Source of the DNA: Chloroflexota bacterium
GTDB lineage: Bacteria; Chloroflexota; Anaerolineae; 4572-78; J111
Assembly: GCA_024277275.1 (NCBI GenBank)
Contig: JAJRVO010000336.1
Span: 1 to 48,505 of the forward strand
DNA length: 48,505 nt
Direction: 5' to 3'
Below the pieces are notes generated by a model, which ran no database searches, was not told where the DNA came from, and saw nothing but the letters and a program-made list of their open reading frames with translations. Position numbers and translations under genes: made by a program. Shown here one piece after another: positions 19,212 to 26,735 of this stretch (within the stretch, counting starts at the first letter, position 1; every line of letters starts with the position of its first letter).

Positions 19212-19970
19212 TTAAAAATGTTTTTTTGGGGAAAACTCGCTCTCCATAATGGGCCATAAAAAGCCAACTACGCCAAAGCCAAAGAAGATGCCGGTGATAA
19301 TGCGCAGCACGGAGTTGAGAGAGCCAAACAGGTCGTCAGCGTAGAATTCAGCGGGAAAGGCGTTGGCCGTAATAAAAACGGCCCACTCGTTGGTTTGCCT
19401 AAAGTCGAGGCGAAGGGCATCGTTAATCAGGTGCGTAGTGCCGTCAAGGGCCAGAGGGGCAATAAAGAGAAGAAATACGACCCAATGCATAACTTTGACT
19501 CGTATTCCCCGTTCTCGCAAAATGGCGTAAAGCAGGCCAAACAGAAAAATGCTGCCGTACATAGCCACCATTCTATCAGACCAGGCCACTTTCCAGCCCA
19601 GTTCTGCCGTGCCAATAAATTGGCGACGCACCAACTCGTTGCTTATTTCTGGCACTGTGCGACCCCAGGCGGAGGCAATCTCGGTTTGGTTGTGGCTGAA
19701 TCCGGAGCCAAATAGAAACCACGAGCGTTCCGGTAATTGGTGGCAGAAAAAATTGTAAATGAAATAGACAATTCTGCCGGGCCAATACCAGCCCAGAGCC
19801 ATAAAGATAGGTCCCAGCCAGGGAAGGATAGTAAAAACTCCCCAGGCCGTATTAAATCCTAACAGCCAGTGGTTTTCAAACCAGCGGTTAATAGCAGAAC
19901 TAACAGATTTTTGGGTAGAAACTGACGATATTGTTGATGCTGCTTTTGGGTTTTGGGCGCCAAGACTCAT
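19212..19970 (-). CDS. DUF2085 family membrane protein
   Basis: 252 aa polytopic protein containing FCHQLPERSWF, the CHQ-x-PERS signature of DUF2085. Confidence 0.6.
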   Translation of the reverse strand: MSLGAQNPKAASTISSVSTQKSVSSAINRWFENHWLLGFNTAWGVFTILPWLGPIFMALGWYWPGRIVYFIYNFFCHQLPERSWFLFGSGFSHNQTEIASAWGRTVPEISNELVRRQFIGTAELGWKVAWSDRMVAMYGSIFLFGLLYAILRERGIRVKVMHWVVFLLFIAPLALDGTTHLINDALRLDFRQTNEWAVFITANAFPAEFYADDLFGSLNSVLRIITGIFFGFGVVGFLWPIMESEFSPKKHF

Positions 19971-20008
19971 ACTTTATCATCCCCAATACTTGAGTAGATT
20001 TTACAGGA

Positions 20009-20116
20009 GGGTGTGTTTCAAACGAGTTGAGTAGTGCAGAATTTATTCTGCTAATAACCCAAAAAGCGGAATGAATTCCGCACTCCTATACCGCTCTACT
20101 GAAATGAAACACATCC
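20009..20116. mobile_element. MITE-like element with GGGTGTGTTTCA terminal inverted repeats
   Basis: The left end is GGGTGTGTTTCAAACGAGTTGAGTAG. The right end CTCTACTGAAATGAAACACATCC has reverse complement GGATGTGTTTCATTTCAGTAGAG. Internal small hairpins are GCAGAA/TTCTGC and GCGGAAT/ATTCCGC. Confidence 0.45.
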
Positions 20117-20250
20117 TTGCAGGGTAATACTATAGCGCGGCAAGCCGCAAATTAACAATGAGCAATTAACAATGAACAAATGATTCTCGCGGATAACGCA
20201 AATGTTGCGAGGTAATACTATACCGGGAATGGGCGACGGTGTCAACCAAA

Positions 20251-21234
20251 TCAGCGATGTCCCTCGGCGTGAAGGGCCTCCAAATCGGCGTCAACCATGA
20301 TTTTGATCAGTTGCTCAAAGCTCACGGCAGGTTCCCAGCCTAATTTAGCCTGCCCTTTACCGGCATCGCCAATGAGCAAATCTACTTCGGCGGGGCGATA
20401 AAACTTCTCATCAACAACAACGTAATCTTCGTGATTTAAGTCAAGGTAGCTAAAGGCTACCTCGCACAACTCGCGCACCGAGTGGGTTTCGCCGGTAGCG
20501 ATGACGTAATCATCCGGCTCGTTTTGTTGAAGCATCAGCCACATAGCCTTTACGTAATCGCCGGCGTAGCCCCAGTCCCGGCGGGATTCCAGGTTGCCCA
20601 GACGTAACTCATTGGCCAGACCCAGCTTGATACGGGCGGCGGCATAAGTAACTTTGTGGGTAACAAACTCTAATCCTCGGCGGGGAGATTCGTGGTTAAA
20701 AAGGATGCCTGAACAGGCGAACAGGTTGTAGCTTTCTCTATAGTTGATCGTAATCCAGTGACCGTAAACTTTAGCTACCCCGTAGGGGCTGCGCGGATAA
20801 AAAGGGGTGTCTTCGTTTTGTGGAACCTCTCGCACTTTGCCAAACATTTCGCTGGAGGAGGCTTGGTAAAAGCGGGTTTCGGGATTGACAATGCGGATGG
20901 CGTCTAACAGCCGGGTCACGCCCAGCGCGGTAAACTCGCCGGTCAACACCGGCTGTCGCCATGAGGTGGGTACAAAAGATTGGGCGGCCAAATTATAAAC
21001 TTCGTCCGGGTGGTGGTCGCGCAAAATATCAACCAGCGACATCTGGTCAAGCAAATCGCCTTGCACTATCTCCAGCGCCTCCACTTCTTGCAAGTGGGCA
21101 ATGCGGTCAAAATTTACAGTGCTGCTGCGACGTACCATCCCAATGACATTATATCCCTGTTCCAATAAAAATTCGGCCAAATAAGAGCCATCTTGACCTG
21201 TAATGCCTGTAATTAAGGCCGTTTTTTTACTCAT
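20251..21234 (-). CDS. gmd: GDP-mannose 4,6-dehydratase
   Basis: 327 aa. The N-terminus [26 protein letters not shown] and the segments [19 protein letters not shown] and [10 protein letters not shown] are classic Gmd motifs. Confidence 0.9.
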   Translation of the reverse strand: MSKKTALITGITGQDGSYLAEFLLEQGYNVIGMVRRSSTVNFDRIAHLQEVEALEIVQGDLLDQMSLVDILRDHHPDEVYNLAAQSFVPTSWRQPVLTGEFTALGVTRLLDAIRIVNPETRFYQASSSEMFGKVREVPQNEDTPFYPRSPYGVAKVYGHWITINYRESYNLFACSGILFNHESPRRGLEFVTHKVTYAAARIKLGLANELRLGNLESRRDWGYAGDYVKAMWLMLQQNEPDDYVIATGETHSVRELCEVAFSYLDLNHEDYVVVDEKFYRPAEVDLLIGDAGKGQAKLGWEPAVSFEQLIKIMVDADLEALHAEGHR

Positions 21235-21246
21235 AAAATTCTCCCG

Positions 21247-21412
21247 TGATCAGTAATCGGTGATCAGTAATCGGTAGTCAGTAATCAGTAATCGGTAGTC
21301 AGTAATCAGTAATCGGTAGTCAGTAATCAGTAATCGGTAGTCAGTAATCAGTAATCGGTAGTCAGTAATCAGTAATTGTAGTCAACTGATCACTGGTCAC
21401 TGGTTACTGATT
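21247..21412. repeat. Tandem 14/21-bp units built from AGTAATC-type heptamers, with a complementary right arm
   Basis: (tgatcagtaatcgg)x2 and (tagtcagtaatcagtaatcgg)x4-5 are followed by caactgatcactggtcactggttactgattgcc. The stop codon and last codons of the upstream reductase gene lie within the right arm. Confidence 0.95.
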
Positions 21413-22378
21413 GCCGGTGTTTTGTGATTTTGTTTTTACATCTTCGCGCCAATAATCAAGGACGCGCCGCAGGCTGTCTTCAAACTTATAGATGGGTTTC
21501 CAGCCTGTTTGTTCGCGTAATTTGCTGTTGTTTGCGTAGATAATCGGTACATCAGAAGGGCGCATACGTTCCGGGTCCGGCTTAATACTAATCTTGATAT
21601 CGGTATAGCTGAGCAATACCTCCAACAAATATTCAATGGAGTAGGCTTTGCCTGTGCCTACGTTGTAAGCTTCGCCCGGCGCGCCATGCTCAACCAGTAA
21701 CGCATAGGCTCGCATAACGTCGATGACATCGGTGAAGTCTCGCTGCGCTTCCAGATTGCCCACCCAAATTACAGGCTCGCTCAACCCGGCTTCAATCTCG
21801 GCGATTTGTTTGGCAAAAGAGGCCGCGACAAAAAATGGGCTTTGGCGCGGCCCAATATGGTTAAAAGCCCGGATGCGTAATACATCAAGGCCATGGCTTA
21901 AATGATATTGCAAGGCCAAAACGTCTTGGGTGGCCTTGCTCACCCCATAGGGGTTATGGGGGCGGAGCGGAGTGTCTTCTTTTACCGGAAGGCGGTCTTT
22001 TTGCACAAGGCCGTAAACCTCGTTAGAGGCCACAATTAACAGGCGCGTCTTAGATTTTTGCCTGACCATAGTCTGCAAAATATTAAGTTGCGGCCGAATA
22101 TTGTTTTCCATTGTTGCCCACGGATCAACCCAGGCCGTAGGCACAAACGCCTGTCCGGCCAGGTGATAAATGGCATCGGGTTGACACTGGTTTAACACTT
22201 GATCAACTACGTCTGCGTCACACAGATTAGCAATAACCGGCGTTATCATTTGGCTTAAGTGGTCTAAACCATATCCCTTATCATGGGCCACTCCAAATAC
22301 TTCATCATCGCGATCTAATAAAATTTGAGCCAGGTGTCCTCCCGCAAAACCAGTGATGCCTGTAATTAATGCCCGCAC
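21404..22378 (-). CDS. rmd: NAD-dependent epimerase/dehydratase, probable GDP-4-keto-6-deoxy-D-mannose reductase
   Basis: 324 aa with a GTG start. It has [21 protein letters not shown] (Rossmann) and a YGVSK catalytic YxxxK, and it lies immediately upstream of gmd in the same orientation. Confidence 0.65.
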   Translation of the reverse strand: MRALITGITGFAGGHLAQILLDRDDEVFGVAHDKGYGLDHLSQMITPVIANLCDADVVDQVLNQCQPDAIYHLAGQAFVPTAWVDPWATMENNIRPQLNILQTMVRQKSKTRLLIVASNEVYGLVQKDRLPVKEDTPLRPHNPYGVSKATQDVLALQYHLSHGLDVLRIRAFNHIGPRQSPFFVAASFAKQIAEIEAGLSEPVIWVGNLEAQRDFTDVIDVMRAYALLVEHGAPGEAYNVGTGKAYSIEYLLEVLLSYTDIKISIKPDPERMRPSDVPIIYANNSKLREQTGWKPIYKFEDSLRRVLDYWREDVKTKSQNTGNQ

Positions 22379-22397
22379 TCAATATCTCCTTCCATCT

Positions 22398-22478
22398 AAA
22401 AAGGGGGCTATCTGTTTGGCATTAGCCCCGATTACCCCCAAAGTGCTCCATTATAAACCACTTCAATTTCAGCCGCAA
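22398..22478 (-). promoter_or_regulatory. Candidate promoter and leader hairpin for rmd-gmd
   Basis: On the minus strand, TTGCGG (22478-22473), a 17-nt spacer and TATAAT (22455-22450) form the candidate promoter. The leader stem GGGGCTA/TAGCCCC (22429-22404) follows, then a T5 run and GGAAGGAGAT before the GTG start. Confidence 0.35.
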
Positions 22479-22578
22479 AGTTTCAGCATATAAACGTTTG
22501 TATGTGGATCAACACCCCCAAATTTTTTAGAAGACACGCAACTTCAAACAAATCCACCTTAAAAATTTATTTGCCGAC

Positions 22579-22643
22579 TAGACAGGTGGGGTAAAGTGGG
22601 TTATAATGGGGTACATTGTGGGGTAAAGTGGGGTAAAGTGGGA
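22579..22643 (+). promoter_or_regulatory. dcw promoter with an MraZ-box-like array of GTGGG repeats at about 10-bp phasing
   Basis: TAGACA (22579-84), a 17-nt spacer and TATAAT (22602-07) form the candidate promoter. GTGGG(G) repeats start at 22586, 22596, 22618, 22628 and 22638, and ATGGGG starts at 22606. Confidence 0.6.
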
Positions 22644-22711
22644 ATAGAACGCTTGTTCTAAACCTTTTAGTGGGAGAAAACCCCCCACTCTATCCAAAGG
22701 TCCCTTAGCTT

Positions 22712-23149
22712 ATGTTTTTAGGCGAATTTGCGCATACAGTTGATGATAAAGGGCGATTGACAATTCCGGCCAAATTTCGGGATGAGCTTGAGAGCGGAAT
22801 TGTCATTACTCGCGGCTTGGATGGCTGCCTGTGGGCCTATCCTCGCTACGAGTGGGAACAACTGGCGCAGAAGATTGGCGCTATGCCCACCACCAACCAG
22901 GCTGCTCGCAATTTTGCTCGCTTTATGTTCTCCAGCGCTTTCGACTCCATTCCCGACCGTCAAGGGCGGGTTCTTCTCCCTCAAAATTTGCGTTAACACG
23001 CCGGTATTCAAAGTGAAACCACGGTTATCGGGGTCATGAATCGAGTAGAGATTTGGAACCCAACCAAGTGGAACGATGTCTTCTCTAAAGTTAAGGAAGA
23101 CCCTGAGGCCGTTGTGGCCCAGTTGCACGAGTTGGGGATTGACATTTAG
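22712..23149 (+). pseudogene. mraZ: Transcriptional regulator MraZ, interrupted by an in-frame TAA at 22994-22996
   Basis: MFLGEFAHTVDDKGRLTIPAKFR...RVLLPQNLR is followed by TAA and then, in the same frame, HAGIQSETTVIGVMNRVEIWNPTKW...LGIDI and a TAG stop at 23147-49. The total is 145 codons, the normal MraZ length with two SpoVT/AbrB-like halves. Confidence 0.85.
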
Positions 23150-23237
23150 GTATCAACCATTGGTGTCACGTGTCAGGTAATAGGTGTTAGGTGACACATT
23201 TTCTTGATATGTGATCCGTAGCGCATGTCAAGAGCAA

Positions 23238-24182
23238 ATGCATACACCGGTCCTTTTACAAGAAGTTATAAAGGCCTTGCAACCACAATCCGGCGGTATT
23301 TATATTGATGGAACGGTTGGGGCCGGCGGCCATGCCGCCGCTATTCTGGGCGATTCAGCGCCGGATGGACGCCTGTTTGGTTTTGACCAGGATGAAAGCG
23401 CGCTGGAAATTGCTCGCAATCGTTTAGCTGAGTTTGGCGATAGAGTTCACCTCCTTCATACAAACTTTGAAAAGCTGGATCAAACGGTCAGGCAATATCA
23501 AATCCCGCGGGCTGATGGCATTTTGCTTGATATAGGCGTCTCGTCTATGCAGCTTGAGCGGCCGGAGCGAGGTTTCTCGTTTCAGTACGATGGCCCGCTG
23601 GATATGCGGATGGACCCGCTTACCGGCCAAACGGCTGCCGACCTGGTTAACCACCTGCCGCAGGATGAATTGGCTAACCTGATTTATCGATATGGCGAAG
23701 AGCCTCGCAGCCGTCGAATTGCCAGGGCCATTGTCAAGGCCCGCCCTATTTGGCAGACGGCAGAGTTAGCTCAGATTGTTGCCGGGGCCATCCCTGCCAA
23801 ACGCGGCAAGCGGGGCAAGGGCGGCGGTAAACGCAAAATTCATCCGGCAACGCGTACTTTTCAAGCGCTTCGAGTAGCCGTGAATGATGAGTTGGGCGCC
23901 TTAGAGCGGGTTTTGCCCCAGGCCATTAATCAACTCAAACCCGGCGGACGGCTGGCCGTTATCAGCTTTAATTCGCTGGAAGATAGAATTGTAAAACAAT
24001 ACTTTAGGCGAGAGGCTCAGGATTGCATTTGCCCGCCGGAACAACTTATCTGCGCTTGTAAACATAAAGCGCTTGTAAACATTATAACCAAAAAACCAAT
24101 AACTCCCAGTTTTGTGGAGATAGATGCAAATCCCAGGGCCCGTAGCGCAAAGCTGCGGGTTGTTGAGTTAAAAAGAGTGTAA
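23238..24182 (+). CDS. rsmH: 16S rRNA (cytosine1402-N4)-methyltransferase RsmH
   Basis: It reads MHTPVLLQEVIKAL...YIDGTVGAGGHAAAIL...HPATRTFQALRVAVNDEL...ISFNSLEDRIVK. The ORF track allows an earlier alternative start at 23211. Confidence 0.9.
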   Translation: MHTPVLLQEVIKALQPQSGGIYIDGTVGAGGHAAAILGDSAPDGRLFGFDQDESALEIARNRLAEFGDRVHLLHTNFEKLDQTVRQYQIPRADGILLDIGVSSMQLERPERGFSFQYDGPLDMRMDPLTGQTAADLVNHLPQDELANLIYRYGEEPRSRRIARAIVKARPIWQTAELAQIVAGAIPAKRGKRGKGGGKRKIHPATRTFQALRVAVNDELGALERVLPQAINQLKPGGRLAVISFNSLEDRIVKQYFRREAQDCICPPEQLICACKHKALVNIITKKPITPSFVEIDANPRARSAKLRVVELKRV

Positions 24183-24186
24183 CATT

Positions 24187-24663
24187 ATGTCAAGTAATAC
24201 CATGATTAGCCTTAGACCAGAAAACGTCATTCGTCAACTGCCGTGGCGATTAGATAGTAAGGCTGCCCTGGGATTTTTATTGCTTTTGGCGACTTTTAGC
24301 CTGGTTGGCTGGTTGTATCTTAGCCAGGCCAGCGCTGTCACAACTACCAGTTATCGTATTGACGAACTACGGGTGGAACTTGATCAGCTTAAAAATCAAA
24401 ACGCTTCCCTGTCCCTGGAAATTGCCGAACTGGAAGCTCTCTCTCGAGTTGAAGCCCGCGCTCGCGACATTGGGTTTGAACCCACAACAGGTTTTGAGTA
24501 TCTACCCGTTACCCATTACCCAATGCCATTAGAGTCAGAAGCCACTTTGTACGGCGCTACACACATAGAAAGCAGCATAGACGCCTATGCCGTTGAGGTT
24601 GAAAGCCCGGGGTGGTGGGTCGAAAAACTGGACGCCTTTGCCGCCTGGCTTGAGAGTGAGTAG
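24187..24663 (+). CDS. ftsL: Cell division protein FtsL-like (single TM helix plus coiled coil)
   Basis: 158 aa in the position between rsmH and ftsI. It has the TM helix ALGFLLLLATFSLVGWLYL, then a heptad-rich region ending LSRVEARARDIGF. Confidence 0.65.
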   Translation: MSSNTMISLRPENVIRQLPWRLDSKAALGFLLLLATFSLVGWLYLSQASAVTTTSYRIDELRVELDQLKNQNASLSLEIAELEALSRVEARARDIGFEPTTGFEYLPVTHYPMPLESEATLYGATHIESSIDAYAVEVESPGWWVEKLDAFAAWLESE

Positions 24664-24668
24664 CAAAA

Positions 24669-24816
24669 AGTAATCAGTAATCAGTAATCAGTAATCAGTA
24701 ATCAGTAATCAGTAATCAGTAATCAGTAATCAGTGACCAGTTTTTACTCGTTACTAATTACCAATTACCAATTACCAATTACCAATTACCAATTACTGAT
24801 TACTAATAACCGATAA
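24669..24816. repeat. Heptamer-periodic palindrome: (AGTAATC)x9 / loop / (ATTACCA)x5 and variants
   Basis: Direct reading. It fills the whole ftsL-ftsI spacer. Confidence 0.95.
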
Positions 24817-24825
24817 CCGAGACCG

Positions 24826-26523
24826 ATGGAACACTCAAAGTACAGAATATACACTGTAATGGCCGTTATGTGCGCGGCCGGCCTGGTGTTAATTGGTCAG
24901 CTTGTGCGCTGGCAAGTTGTAGAGCATTACCGCTTTGTGGCCTGGGCTGAAGCCGAGCACCAGGATGAATTGGTCATTCCCTCTCGTCGGGGTGAAGTGA
25001 GAGACCGCTCCGGATACTTGTTAGCAACCGATTTAATTGAGTACGATATTTCGGTCAGTCCAAAAATTGTTAGCGACCCACCTGTTACAGCCGACCGTTT
25101 AGATGCGCTTCTTGATATGTCGCGCGAGGAAATTTTGCAACGGTTGACCAGCAAAAAACCCTGGGTGCCGATTGCCGGCGGTGTTTCTCAATCTGTGGGT
25201 GAAACCATCTTTGAATGGGACTTGACAGGTCTGCAAGTAGAGCCAAGACCCAAACGGGTTTATCCCGAAGGGCATCTGGGCGCGCATGTGCTGGGCTTTG
25301 TAAATAATAACGGCAACGGCTTTTACGGCGTAGAGGGTTATTACGACACCCTGTTGAGAGGCAAGCCGGGCCTTCAAGCCGGCGAGCGCAGCCCCTTTGG
25401 CGAGATGATTCCGTTAGCGGTCAGCCATTTTGTGCCGCCGGTGAGTGGGGCCACGCTGTACTTGACCATCGATAGAACTGTTCAAAGTCTTGTTCAACAA
25501 GAGCTTGAAAACGCGGTTAGGCAGTATCAGGCTCAGGGCGGGTCAGTGGTTGTTTTAGACCCCAAAACCGGGGCTATTTTGGCGATGGCCGGCTATCCCG
25601 ATTACGACCCCAACACCTTTAGCGTTAGCGACAACAGCCTTTTTGCCGACCCAAACGTTAGCGAGCAGTATGAACCCGGCTCGGTTTTTAAGATTATCAC
25701 TATGGCGGCCGGTCTGGACGCCGGGGTTATTGGTCCCGAAGGAATTATTTACGATGGCGGATTGATTGAAATTGGCGGGCGGGTTATTTACAATTGGGAC
25801 CGCCAGGGACACGGCAACGTAGATATGACAGACGTGCTGGCAAAAAGCCTGAATGTTGGCGCGGCTCAAGTCGCGATGGCATTGGGCAAAGACCGATTTT
25901 ATACCTACGTGAAGCGTTTTGGTTTTGGCCGCTTAACTGAGATAGACCTGGAAAATGAGGGTCCCGGCACTTTAAAAACACCTAAAGACGCAACATGGCA
26001 TGAAAGCGACCTGGGCACAAACTCGTTTGGGCAGGGGATTGCCGTAACGCCGGTGCAGGCTGCCGCCGCCATAGCCGCCGTTGCCAATAATGGCCTGTTA
26101 ATGAAGCCGTATGCCGTACAACGCATTACAAATGGCGAACGGAGCGTTGAGGTAAAGCCAATTGTTGTTCGGCGGGTGGTATCGGCAGACACGGCCCATA
26201 CTTTAACCAACATGCTGGTTAATGCGCTAAAACGGGCAAACTCTCAAGCCTTGCTGCCGGGCTATCAGGTAGCGGGTAAAACCGGCACGGCCCAAATCCC
26301 TGTGCCGGGCGGGTATCACCCCACGCTCACGTTAACCTCCTTTGGAGGATATCTGCCCGCCGATGACCCGCAGGTGATGATACTGGTGATTATTGATCGC
26401 CCAAGCACGTCCAAGTGGGGTAGCCAAACAGCCGCGCCTACCTTTAACCGTATTGCCGAGCAAATGGTTGTTCTGCTCGACATCCCCCCAGACGATGTGC
26501 GTTTAGCCCAGGCAGGGCAGTAG
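24826..26523 (+). CDS. ftsI: Penicillin-binding protein 2/3 family transpeptidase (FtsI)
   Basis: 565 aa with an N-terminal TM anchor. It has the SxxK motif (GSVFK), the SxN motif (KSLN) and the KTG motif (GKTGTA). Confidence 0.9.
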   Translation: MEHSKYRIYTVMAVMCAAGLVLIGQLVRWQVVEHYRFVAWAEAEHQDELVIPSRRGEVRDRSGYLLATDLIEYDISVSPKIVSDPPVTADRLDALLDMSREEILQRLTSKKPWVPIAGGVSQSVGETIFEWDLTGLQVEPRPKRVYPEGHLGAHVLGFVNNNGNGFYGVEGYYDTLLRGKPGLQAGERSPFGEMIPLAVSHFVPPVSGATLYLTIDRTVQSLVQQELENAVRQYQAQGGSVVVLDPKTGAILAMAGYPDYDPNTFSVSDNSLFADPNVSEQYEPGSVFKIITMAAGLDAGVIGPEGIIYDGGLIEIGGRVIYNWDRQGHGNVDMTDVLAKSLNVGAAQVAMALGKDRFYTYVKRFGFGRLTEIDLENEGPGTLKTPKDATWHESDLGTNSFGQGIAVTPVQAAAAIAAVANNGLLMKPYAVQRITNGERSVEVKPIVVRRVVSADTAHTLTNMLVNALKRANSQALLPGYQVAGKTGTAQIPVPGGYHPTLTLTSFGGYLPADDPQVMILVIIDRPSTSKWGSQTAAPTFNRIAEQMVVLLDIPPDDVRLAQAGQ

Positions 26524-26579
26524 ATAAGTTTATCTGAGAATTTGTTTTCAAATATCCGGTTTGAAACACAAACCATTTG

Positions 26580-26676
26580 GGTGTGTTTCATTTAAGTCGG
26601 AGAGGGGAGAAATTGGGGGAACTACCCCCCAAGCCCCCCGGCCTGCGGCGCTTTTTGACTCATTTGAAACACACCC
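26580..26676. mobile_element. MITE-like element with GGGTGTGTTTCA termini, flanked by the 10-bp direct repeat AAACCATTTG
   Basis: The left end is GGTGTGTTTCATTTAAGTC. The right end GACTCATTTGAAACACACCC has reverse complement GGGTGTGTTTCAAATGAGTC. AAACCATTTG occurs at 26570-79 and at 26677-86. Confidence 0.5.
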
Positions 26677-26735
26677 AAACCATTTGTTAATTACTAATTG
26701 TTCATTGTTAATTGAAAAATCTGGTGATTTGATAC

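Noticed and set aside
18910-19257. 115-aa ORF on the minus strand
   Set aside because: It overlaps the start region of the DUF2085 gene and small hairpin repeats. It has no RBS and a low-complexity Cys/Phe-rich translation, so it is probably spurious.
21247-24816. Possible CRISPR arrays at the tandem repeats 21247-21412 and 24669-24816
   Set aside because: The units are 7-21 nt and directly abut each other with no unique spacers. The arrays are followed by their own reverse complement, and no cas genes are present.
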